From positions 128,001-192,000 of the forward strand of contig JAVVGF010000002.1 in NCBI GenBank assembly GCA_032249235.1: a stretch of DNA of 64,000 bases, in the 5' to 3' direction. Made by a program: the position numbers and the translations under genes. The notes beneath the pieces were generated by a model, which saw only the letters and a list, made by a program, of their open reading frames with translations, was not told the DNA's origin and ran no database searches. Shown here piece by piece: positions 29,340-37,968 of the stretch. Numbering within the stretch: the first letter of the stretch is position 1; each line of letters starts with the position of its first letter. This DNA is from Thermoproteota archaeon. GTDB lineage: Archaea > Thermoproteota > Thermoprotei > Gearchaeales > Gearchaeaceae.

Positions 29340-29846
29340 CTAGGATAAAGTTGAGTAAACGCAAGAAATCATTGAATTATTCCCTAATACGTATTGACCC
29401 GCTCCTACAGGTAACATTACCCAATTCTTTTCAAAAGTGCTATAATAATAAAAGAGCCAATAATGGTCTTTCGTATTCTTTACTCCTAATATTGATATTA
29501 CGAAGGCCATCGATTTGTCTGCAGGACCTTGAGCACCTGTGTATGTTGGCCTTGCAGGATTGCTATAATCTACCCATTCTACTTGACCGTTAGTAACTTG
29601 TATAAGGTAATCTAAAAATGTAGAACCTGCAGGTGTGGTTCCATTATACCATCTTTTAGTTCCGTTTCCGAAATCTATTAATAAACTTACATGAATATAG
29701 ACGGGTTTACTCTTAATTAGCTCATTATATTTTGAAGAAATATCAGTATATTGATAATAATAATAAAGAGTTGTAGACAATAAGATGATGACTAATATTC
29801 CTAACACGCTTGTAGCATAAATCCAAGTTCTAGATTTCGCGCTCAT
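29340..29846 (-). CDS. Membrane-anchored DUF4430 / transcobalamin-beta-like protein (putative cobalamin-binding)
   Basis: N-terminal TM, IDFGNG, FVISILGV, YWLFY, VGAGQYVL. Confidence 0.72.
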   Translation of the reverse strand: MSAKSRTWIYATSVLGILVIILLSTTLYYYYQYTDISSKYNELIKSKPVYIHVSLLIDFGNGTKRWYNGTTPAGSTFLDYLIQVTNGQVEWVDYSNPARPTYTGAQGPADKSMAFVISILGVKNTKDHYWLFYYYSTFEKNWVMLPVGAGQYVLGNNSMISCVYSTLS

Positions 29847-29847
29847 T

Positions 29848-30381
29848 TTAAAGACCCATTCTTGTAAATAGATATATACATAGTGGAACTATAATCGGTG
29901 CTATAATCAAATTCGCTATTTCGTGCATTAAAGCAAAAGGAACACCGACAACGATGCCTAGAATTATTGAACGATACCATAATGCACCTACCAATGCGTT
30001 TGTATAAATATCGAAAATAAATGTTGCTAAAACAACAAAGAAAGCTAGTAAAGTAATGCTTGCTTTTTCATACAATAAACGGTTAGGCGGAATAATTTTT
30101 CTGAATATTTGTGCTAAAGCAACAAATGCTAACTCACCACTAATCACCATAAATAGAGAGAATATTTCGAAACCGTATGGATTAATAATCCCATATATAA
30201 ATCTTGTAACTAAAACAGCAATAGTGCCATATCTCCATCCAAAGTAGTAAGCTATTAGAAACATGATCGCATCCATAAGCTTTACTTGTGGTAGCCAGAT
30301 TAAGGAATAGTTTGTCACTAAAGCAATAACTATTAGAATTGCCGTAACACTAATTTTTAAAGTATGATTTTTCTGTTCCAT
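29848..30381 (-). CDS. ECF transporter S component (CbrT-like)
   Basis: About 6 TM; LPQVKLMD, FG...G, FDIYTN, GVPFALMHEIAN. Confidence 0.78.
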   Translation of the reverse strand: MEQKNHTLKISVTAILIVIALVTNYSLIWLPQVKLMDAIMFLIAYYFGWRYGTIAVLVTRFIYGIINPYGFEIFSLFMVISGELAFVALAQIFRKIIPPNRLLYEKASITLLAFFVVLATFIFDIYTNALVGALWYRSIILGIVVGVPFALMHEIANLIIAPIIVPLCIYLFTRMGL

Positions 30382-30384
30382 TGT

Positions 30385-30405
30385 TATTGGAATATTTATC
30401 CAATA
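30385..30405. promoter_or_regulatory. Candidate operator: inverted repeat TATTGGA-N7-TCCAATA
   Basis: Perfect 7-bp inverted repeat between a minus-strand TATA-like TTTAAATA and the S-component ATG. Confidence 0.4.
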
Positions 30406-30485
30406 TTTAAATCTTACGGATCTTATTGCTTAGAATAAGGGTGACCAACTATATCTTTTATAAAACGATATAAATAAAGTGGGCA

Positions 30486-31106
30486 ATGCTGACAATCATT
30501 GAAGAGATAGCCAAACCTAAAAAAAGAGGCGCGAAACCATCTTTTACACCTATAGATGTTTTACTCATGATACGGATCGTTGATAAGTATTATTTAATTT
30601 CAAGAACTAAAATTTCAAAAGAACTCGAAATAGGTGAAGGAGCGATAAGAACAATGATCAGACATTTAAAACAGTCCCATATTATTGAGGTTATTAGATC
30701 TGGGATAAGATTAAATTCAAAAGGCAAAGATATCGCTAAAATTTTAAACGATATAATTTTATTTGAAGGATTTATAGATGAAAAAGTTATCTATAAATTA
30801 GCGCTTGCTAAATTTAACTATTTGATGATTTTAAAAAAATTAGCTCATAAAATAAAAAAAGGAATAGAGGAAAGAGATATCGCCATAAAATATGGAGCAC
30901 AAGCCTTAGTCACGCTTATTTTCAAACAAGATAGTATTTTATTTCCTGATGGTTATCCTTTAGGAGAAGAGTACGCAAAATTCAAAGAATTCCTGCTTAA
31001 AGAATTTAATTTAAACGATAATGACGTCATTTTAATTTCATGTAGCGAAAAAAGTAATAACGCAGTACGGGGCGCTTATTCTGTTTTATATCATCTTCTA
31101 AAATAA
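30486..31106 (+). CDS. Winged-HTH regulator with DUF4443-like C-terminal domain
   Basis: SRTKISKELEIGEGAIRTMIRHL; GIEERDIAIKYGA. Confidence 0.8.
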   Translation: MLTIIEEIAKPKKRGAKPSFTPIDVLLMIRIVDKYYLISRTKISKELEIGEGAIRTMIRHLKQSHIIEVIRSGIRLNSKGKDIAKILNDIILFEGFIDEKVIYKLALAKFNYLMILKKLAHKIKKGIEERDIAIKYGAQALVTLIFKQDSILFPDGYPLGEEYAKFKEFLLKEFNLNDNDVILISCSEKSNNAVRGAYSVLYHLLK

Positions 31107-32309
31107 AAAATAGGCAACTAATAGTATTGTATCGACAACAAATACAAGCAATAGATACAATAAGTAGAAGAATTCCGACACTGTTCCATGCTTAGGAGAA
31201 AAAGTAAACATTATTAGCAAAGAAAGATAATCGAATATAATCAAATACCAAGCAAGACCTCGTATGAATAGCAATATTGCTTGAGGTAAAAATAACCAAA
31301 GAAGCATCCTATAATTCTCATTTATCTTTTTAATGTATGTATTATAATAAGGATAAATAAGTAACAATGCAATACCTGCATAAACTATTAAAGGATTAGC
31401 ATTAAACATTTGATATGCGCCATTTTGCTGTATAGTATAAAAAAATGGATTTTCAAACAAATAAGGATAAAAATTCTTCTCTAGATGCCAATAAAAGTTA
31501 TATAGAAAAATCCAGTTTAATAAATTGATAAAATCATTCCAATTATGGGTTCCATAATCTAAATGATGATATTCCTGTGGTAATATTTTTTCGTTTGTAC
31601 TTAAATAAAAGTATGGTAAATATGTTATTATAAAGACCAAGAAAACGATTGATAATGATAATGGAATCGATAATATCTTATTTCTTTTTATTTCAAAGAT
31701 TGAAAATAAAATTAAAGTTATAATCAAAGGTAGCATTGTAAGCTTCACTGCAATAGCAAGACCGAAGAATACAGAAAGAAGAATAAATCCTAAGTTTTTA
31801 TCTCTTGCATACAAATAAGCCAATATTCCAGAGGCGAAAAAGAATAAGCAAAATGAATCAAGCATAGCAGATCTAGACAGAGATACATTTAAAGGATCGA
31901 TCGATATAAGAAAAGAAAATAAAAGCGCTTTATCTTCTCTTACTATTTTCTTGGCGATTAAATAGGATATGTAGACTAATACAATATTGAACAAAGCTGA
32001 AATTAATCTTGCGCTGAAAAGTGAATCACCGAAAAGTCTGAGAGAAAATGCAAAAATTAACTTGCCTAACAAAGGGTGCTCGTAATTAACATGGTTAGGT
32101 TGGGAAATAAGAACAGTATCACCTACTAACTGGGTATAAAGCGGGTTTGTCTTTCCAAAGGCATAATACTCTGCAGTTCTGAAATAAACTTCTTCATCAG
32201 GAATAAAAGGAGGCTTTAACATTAAGTTGTATAAGCGTAGGAAGGCAGCTAGAATAATAATGGTGGTGATAATAAATTTTTTATCGCCTAAACTCTTGAC
32301 CAATTGCAT
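31098..32309 (-). CDS. GT-C glycosyltransferase (PMT/ArnT-like)
   Basis: DEEVY, NYEHPLLGK, SRSAMLD, GLAIAVK. Confidence 0.82.
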   Translation of the reverse strand: MQLVKSLGDKKFIITTIIILAAFLRLYNLMLKPPFIPDEEVYFRTAEYYAFGKTNPLYTQLVGDTVLISQPNHVNYEHPLLGKLIFAFSLRLFGDSLFSARLISALFNIVLVYISYLIAKKIVREDKALLFSFLISIDPLNVSLSRSAMLDSFCLFFFASGILAYLYARDKNLGFILLSVFFGLAIAVKLTMLPLIITLILFSIFEIKRNKILSIPLSLSIVFLVFIITYLPYFYLSTNEKILPQEYHHLDYGTHNWNDFINLLNWIFLYNFYWHLEKNFYPYLFENPFFYTIQQNGAYQMFNANPLIVYAGIALLLIYPYYNTYIKKINENYRMLLWLFLPQAILLFIRGLAWYLIIFDYLSLLIMFTFSPKHGTVSEFFYLLYLLLVFVVDTILLVAYFLF

Positions 32310-33513
32310 CTATTACATCATCAAAATATGAAGGGGTTGATGGATAAAAAGAATTTAACTGATCAATATTTACATTTAATTTTGATAGTGCATAAAGTAT
32401 ATTAATTATTTCGTCAGCTTTTTTTGACACACAACTTCCTCCAAGAATTCTACCATCGTCAGCAACTATCAATTTCAGATAACCCACAGAATTATCTATC
32501 ATACTTTTTATGGATTCATCGAAACGTATTTTATAGACCTTAGCTAATTGAACATCCTTTTCTTTCAAACCGAAAGAAGCAATCTTTGGATCTGTATTTA
32601 TAACATAAGGATGAAGTTTATCAATAAATTTTACTGTTTTACCAATTGCATTAAGCGCAGCAATCTTTCCTTGGAGTTTTGCAATATTTGCTACTCCAGC
32701 GCTAACCAAATCGCCTGCTACAAACATATTTTCTTTTATCCGCAAATACTCATCGAATTGCAAGCTATTCAAATTTAAAGAATTTGTATTAGGTTTCCAA
32801 CCGATACAAGAAAAAACCAAGTTGGCTTTAATTTTACCTCCTTCAAACTCCACATAAAAATCCTTATTATGCTGGATCTTTTTAATTTCTTTATTTAAGA
32901 TAACATTGATTCCTTTGTTCTTGAGCAACTCTAAGTAAAATAGAGATATATCTTCATCTTCAAGACTTAGTATCCTCTCTTTCTTCTCTATTATCGTGAC
33001 TTTTGAGCCTAGATTATTAAAAATTTCTGCAATTTCTATTCCCTCAGGCCCTGCACCTACTACTACAACATTTTCGAATGAACCTTCTAGAGAAAGAAGT
33101 TCATCGCTATAACGAATAAGATCTGGAAAATTAAAATCTAGTCTGATCGGTAAAGAACCTGTACAAAGAATTATTTTATCATTTTTATCATAAAAGATAG
33201 TTTCATCTTTCAAAACCAACTTATAATCATAAACAATAGCTTTATCGGCGATCACTTTTACATCATTTCTTTCTAATGTATTTTCATATTTTTTCCTTAA
33301 ATTTATAATTATATGATTTGCATATTTTATTATTTTATCTAAATTTTTCTCTTTTTTACTTGCTTCAATCAAAATTTTACTAGGGATACATGTTTTATTT
33401 AAAAAGTTACCTCCAATTGTTTCATCTATTAAGTAAGTTTTGATTCCATTGTAAGCTAAAATCAAAGATGCATTGATACCAGCAACCCCACCCCCAACTA
33501 CATAAGCTCTCAT
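32281..33513 (-). CDS. Lpd-like flavoprotein lacking the redox disulfide
   Basis: GGGVAG, GGNFLNKTCIPSK, GAGPEGIE, AGD. Confidence 0.8.
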   Translation of the reverse strand: MRAYVVGGGVAGINASLILAYNGIKTYLIDETIGGNFLNKTCIPSKILIEASKKEKNLDKIIKYANHIIINLRKKYENTLERNDVKVIADKAIVYDYKLVLKDETIFYDKNDKIILCTGSLPIRLDFNFPDLIRYSDELLSLEGSFENVVVVGAGPEGIEIAEIFNNLGSKVTIIEKKERILSLEDEDISLFYLELLKNKGINVILNKEIKKIQHNKDFYVEFEGGKIKANLVFSCIGWKPNTNSLNLNSLQFDEYLRIKENMFVAGDLVSAGVANIAKLQGKIAALNAIGKTVKFIDKLHPYVINTDPKIASFGLKEKDVQLAKVYKIRFDESIKSMIDNSVGYLKLIVADDGRILGGSCVSKKADEIINILYALSKLNVNIDQLNSFYPSTPSYFDDVIDAIGQEFRR

Positions 33514-33561
33514 AAAATAAGAATTACGAAAGAATATTTTTTACTATGCTATTAATATCGA

Positions 33562-34782
33562 GTGGAAGAATTATTAGAAAAATTAAAGAAAGGAGAATTA
33601 AAGCTTTATGAAATAGAGGAATTTACGAAAGATGTTAATAAGGCGAGTGAAATTAGAAGAAAGTTTCTTGAAGAAACACTAAAAATAAGCCTAGAATACC
33701 TTGGAAAATATTCGATAGATTTGAATTTGACTTATAGAAAGAATATTGAAAACGCAATAGGTTGTGTACAAATACCTTTGGGAATTGCAGGACCTTTATT
33801 GGTAAATGGGGATTATGCAAAAGGATTTTATTATATTCCTCTTGCAACAACAGAAGGTGCCTTGGTAGCGAGTGTGAACAGAGGTTGCTCTATTTTAACA
33901 GCTTCTGAAGGTGTTAGAACAAAGATCCTAGAAGACAAAATGACAAGAGCCCCTCTTTTTAAAGTAAAGAACATAAGTAGAGCTTTGGAAATTGTTGAGT
34001 GGATAAATGAACATTTTCAAGAATTAAAAGAGAAATTTGAAGAAGGATCGAGACATCTTAAATTAAAGGCAATAAAACCTTGGATAATCGGTACTAATCT
34101 CTGGTTAAGACTTGAAGCAGAAACTGGAGACGCAATGGGCATGAATATGGTAACGATAGCCAGCGATAGATTTGCTAAATTTTTGATCGAAAAAAATCCC
34201 GATCTGGAACTGGTAGCGTTAAGTGGAAATTTATGTACTGATAAAAAAGCCGGTTCAATCAATTGGCTGTTAGGTAGAGGTAAAAGTGTCATCGCTGAAG
34301 CTTTCATTGCTAAAGAGATACTAGAAAATAAATTAAAAGTCGCACCGAAGCAAATAGAAGAGGTAAACAATAGAAAAAATATACTAGGCAGCGCTTTCGC
34401 ACATGCTTATGGATTGAATGCGCACATGGCAAACGTAATAGCTGCTATTTTCTTAGCGACAGGCCAAGATGCAGCTCAAATAACCGAATCTTCAATGGGT
34501 ATAACCTATGTAGAGGCTAATGATAAAGGCTTGTACATATCCGTTTATTTACCTTCTTTAGAAATCGGAACAGTAGGGGGCGGTACGCATCTACCGACTC
34601 AAAGAGAAGCTTTAAGGATTATGGGTTGCGAAGGAGCGGGAATATACGCAGGTTATAACGCTAAAAAATTCGCAGAAATAATAGCTGGTGCATGTTTAGC
34701 TGGAGAGCTATCTCTTTTAATAGCATTAGCTAAGAATGAGTTAGCAAGATCCCACGAGAAATTAGGAAGAGTAAAAAATTGA
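33562..34782 (+). CDS. hmgA: HMG-CoA reductase (class I, NADPH)
   Basis: NIENAIG, ATTEGALVAS, GDAMGMN, GQDAAQ, GTVGGGT. Confidence 0.97.
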   Translation: MEELLEKLKKGELKLYEIEEFTKDVNKASEIRRKFLEETLKISLEYLGKYSIDLNLTYRKNIENAIGCVQIPLGIAGPLLVNGDYAKGFYYIPLATTEGALVASVNRGCSILTASEGVRTKILEDKMTRAPLFKVKNISRALEIVEWINEHFQELKEKFEEGSRHLKLKAIKPWIIGTNLWLRLEAETGDAMGMNMVTIASDRFAKFLIEKNPDLELVALSGNLCTDKKAGSINWLLGRGKSVIAEAFIAKEILENKLKVAPKQIEEVNNRKNILGSAFAHAYGLNAHMANVIAAIFLATGQDAAQITESSMGITYVEANDKGLYISVYLPSLEIGTVGGGTHLPTQREALRIMGCEGAGIYAGYNAKKFAEIIAGACLAGELSLLIALAKNELARSHEKLGRVKN

Positions 34783-35378
34783 GTAATATTTTTATAATAA
34801 AAAGGGCTTTTAGAAGAATAATAAAATCATGGCTCAGACCAGCTTCCTTTTTGATAGAATTTAACATAGAATATGATATGGTAGGGCCCTTAATACTGGG
34901 CGTCATTTATTTTTTCCTCGGAATTTTATTTACTATATTAAGAACAATTACAATAAAATTAGATTATACTATTATACTCTTAAATGGATTATTGAATTTA
35001 ATAGAAATTATACTTACGCCTCTAATTTTATTAGCGTTTATTAGCATATACAAAATAAAAATTTATTTAAAAAGAGATTTTTCTTTAATATGTTATAGCT
35101 TTTCGATTAAAAATATATTATACATTGTAAATATTTCTTTAAGTTACATCTATTTGTTTCTATACAATATTCCTTTAATTCTTCTAATTACTCAATTGAT
35201 ATTAGTAATATCAATAACTTGGTCTCTCACATTGCAATATTATTATCTAAGAGCAGATAAGGGTATACGCTCATTCTCTTTATTGTTCGTTGTATTACTA
35301 GCATGGATGAGCGTATTTACTATACTTCAAATCATTTCTTATGCTTTAGAGAGAATTGGTTTTTATAAAATTACTTGA
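34779..35378 (+). CDS. Multi-TM membrane protein (possibly Yip1-like)
   Basis: About 5 TM; N-terminal WLRPASF. Confidence 0.5.
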   Translation: MSNIFIIKRAFRRIIKSWLRPASFLIEFNIEYDMVGPLILGVIYFFLGILFTILRTITIKLDYTIILLNGLLNLIEIILTPLILLAFISIYKIKIYLKRDFSLICYSFSIKNILYIVNISLSYIYLFLYNIPLILLITQLILVISITWSLTLQYYYLRADKGIRSFSLLFVVLLAWMSVFTILQIISYALERIGFYKIT

Positions 35379-35450
35379 TGGAAAATAAAGAAATTATTGT
35401 TAAAATTCCATGAGGTAATTAATTTAATATTATTAGAGAAAACTTTATTC

Positions 35451-35687
35451 GTGACAATAAAAAGATTAACACTAAAAGATTTAGAAGAAAGATTACAGCT
35501 AGTTTCCTCTGAAATCATTAAAATAAACACAGAATTAGCTCAAGTGAAAGATGAATCTAAAAAAACGAATGAAATAGATAATAAAGTAGAGGAACTCTCA
35601 AGAAGAGTTGAAAAAGTTGAAAAGAATCTTGATGAAATATACAGTTATCTTCAAAAACTTTATGAGTATTTAATCAAGAACCTTTAA
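35451..35687 (+). CDS. Small coiled-coil protein (GTG start preferred over 35397)
   Basis: Heptad-rich sequence from MTIKRLTLKDLEERL. Confidence 0.55.
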   Translation: MTIKRLTLKDLEERLQLVSSEIIKINTELAQVKDESKKTNEIDNKVEELSRRVEKVEKNLDEIYSYLQKLYEYLIKNL

Positions 35688-37038
35688 GAACCTTTCCGAA
35701 ATAGGAACCTGGAAAAGGGTGTTTCATTATTTCACGTAGAAGTACAGTTGCATAGCAACCTCTATAAAGAGCAAAATTTAACTGGACAGTGTTCGTGTTA
35801 AAAATATCGTCTTTAATTATATTATAACTAAGCTTTATTAGTGGCTTCAAATCTATCCTCCTATATGAACCCTTTAGTCCAATGAACTTATTACCTAACC
35901 AAATCTTAAAGTCTTGAGGTCTAATACCTTCCTCGATTAGAATTTCACGAATCAAATCACCCATGATTCCACTGCTAATTTTAACTTTATAACCTAAGAC
36001 AGGCAATACTATAGCTATTTTATCTTTACTTAATAACTCTTTAGCTCTCTCTTTAGTTATTCCGCTTCCTACGGTTAATGAAAAGAATACTGGCACACCT
36101 GAATCTATAGGAGATACTAAATCGCCTTCTTCTATATTGAGCATTCCCAGTGATAATCTTTTAGATAAGAAGCGATTAAAGAGATAAGATGAATAGGCTT
36201 CAATAAATAATCTCAATGCAGGTGTAGGTAATTTAGCTAAGGCACCGAGATAGTCGTTTGGATTATGTAGAAGATGTTCGAGAACTATTCGTTCATACAA
36301 CAATTCCTCTGGAAAATATTTTAGAGCTTCTTTTGGATCGTGAGTATCTAAAAATATCTTTCTAGCTAATATTCGTTCTTCTGATTCTAAAGGATCGATA
36401 GTTCCTATCAATTCATCTACAGCTTTTTCGTAATCATTTTTTATTATCGCTTCACCTATTTTATGAGTTACAGGCCTAGGGATTCCAAAACGTTGATAGC
36501 CGAAATAGTTGGGTATAAATTCTTGTATGGTGATCTTTTCAAGGACTTCTTTTATCGAATTCTCATCTAATCTTACGTCTCTTATAAGTAAAGTGAAATT
36601 ATTACCCAAATGATGACCGAGTCTAGCTGGACCATAAGCATAAGAATGGCCTAAAATTTCTATATTTTTAAATTTTGAATTGATTATCTCTTCAGCTTTT
36701 ACATTTCTTAAAGAAAAACACTGGACTGCAATTGCTCTTCTATCTTTTATACCATATACCCCTATGTCAGAAAGTTTTAATCTGTATTTCTGCAAGAAAA
36801 GATGTATAACGTCGTTCGTTGTTATATTCCTTTTTTTCACTATGAGATATAGATATCTGCCCTTGTTAGGTAAGTTTAAGTTTATTTTCTTATTATATGC
36901 TAGAATTGTACCATCTTTTAGAATTTCTTCAACGATGAAATCATCAGCCTTGAACTTAATTTTGCCTAATAAAGGAATTGTATCCGTTATAAAATATTCA
37001 ATGCCCATATATTTTTCAAAATCATATGCTATTCTCAT
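35674..37038 (-). CDS. truD: tRNA pseudouridine(13) synthase
   Basis: DFIVEE, GIKDRRA, GNNF, PNYFGYQRFG, GCYATVLLRE. Confidence 0.94.
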   Translation of the reverse strand: MRIAYDFEKYMGIEYFITDTIPLLGKIKFKADDFIVEEILKDGTILAYNKKINLNLPNKGRYLYLIVKKRNITTNDVIHLFLQKYRLKLSDIGVYGIKDRRAIAVQCFSLRNVKAEEIINSKFKNIEILGHSYAYGPARLGHHLGNNFTLLIRDVRLDENSIKEVLEKITIQEFIPNYFGYQRFGIPRPVTHKIGEAIIKNDYEKAVDELIGTIDPLESEERILARKIFLDTHDPKEALKYFPEELLYERIVLEHLLHNPNDYLGALAKLPTPALRLFIEAYSSYLFNRFLSKRLSLGMLNIEEGDLVSPIDSGVPVFFSLTVGSGITKERAKELLSKDKIAIVLPVLGYKVKISSGIMGDLIREILIEEGIRPQDFKIWLGNKFIGLKGSYRRIDLKPLIKLSYNIIKDDIFNTNTVQLNFALYRGCYATVLLREIMKHPFPGSYFGKVLKGS

Positions 37039-37042
37039 TCGA

Positions 37043-37891
37043 TTAAAATGTATATCCTGGCATTATTATATTTAAAAAAAACAAAGAAGCTATTAAAGAT
37101 ATAAGTAATAAAATCAAAGAAATCATAAAGGCAGCTTCAATTCTTAGATTTACATAATAAAAAATGCATGTTGTTAGTAATGTAAATGAGAAAAATAGTG
37201 GTATGAGATAAATTAGGAAATAATATATAAAAAATATTTTAATAAAAAAATTATTGTAAAATACATAATATAAAATAGAAAATATAACTATTGGTATGAA
37301 ACTTACCAGTACACCTAAACAAAGTCTTATCGAGTTCTTAACGTAGCCGAAAATGCTTGATAAAAAGTACGAAAGCGAAATTACTAATGCAGAATTCACT
37401 AAGAATAGAATAATCTGACTAATTGATGAAATAGAAAGATAAGGCGGTAGCATCATTAGAACAACGGGGATTAATCCACTCATCATCATTCCGATCATTC
37501 CACCCACAAGAACTAAGTTACTTATGATTATTAACATAAGAATGCCTTGTCTATCAATATTTTTGAAGAAAGAAATTGGAAAGAGATAAGGTAATGAAAA
37601 AACAAAAGAAGTCATTGAGGAAGGGATAGTATGAAAACCTTTACTTTCCTCCAATAGCATGTAATATATCCTTTTTCCTGTATTCGTTAATCTGTATCTT
37701 CCATCATCTGCTTTTTCTATAATTCCTTTTAGTCTTTTTAAGGCATCATAAAATGTTCCTGGAGATATATCCAGCTTCTCTATAAGTTCGGTAGCTTTAA
37801 AGCTTTCATACTCACCAAGTAAGAAGATGAGCTTTCTAGAAGTCTCATTGGATGCAATTCTATAATATTTTGCTAAAAAATCTTCGTTCAC
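37043..37891 (-). CDS. wHTH (ArsR-like) domain fused to multi-TM domain
   Basis: ELIEKLDISPGTFYDALKRL...YRLTNTG followed by about 5 TM helices. Confidence 0.75.
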   Translation of the reverse strand: MNEDFLAKYYRIASNETSRKLIFLLGEYESFKATELIEKLDISPGTFYDALKRLKGIIEKADDGRYRLTNTGKRIYYMLLEESKGFHTIPSSMTSFVFSLPYLFPISFFKNIDRQGILMLIIISNLVLVGGMIGMMMSGLIPVVLMMLPPYLSISSISQIILFLVNSALVISLSYFLSSIFGYVKNSIRLCLGVLVSFIPIVIFSILYYVFYNNFFIKIFFIYYFLIYLIPLFFSFTLLTTCIFYYVNLRIEAAFMISLILLLISLIASLFFLNIIMPGYTF

Positions 37892-37968
37892 GGCTATTAA
37901 AAAATAGCCGAAATATAAAAGGATTTTCTCACAAACTTTTATCTTTAATCTGATATTCTTTTCCTATA

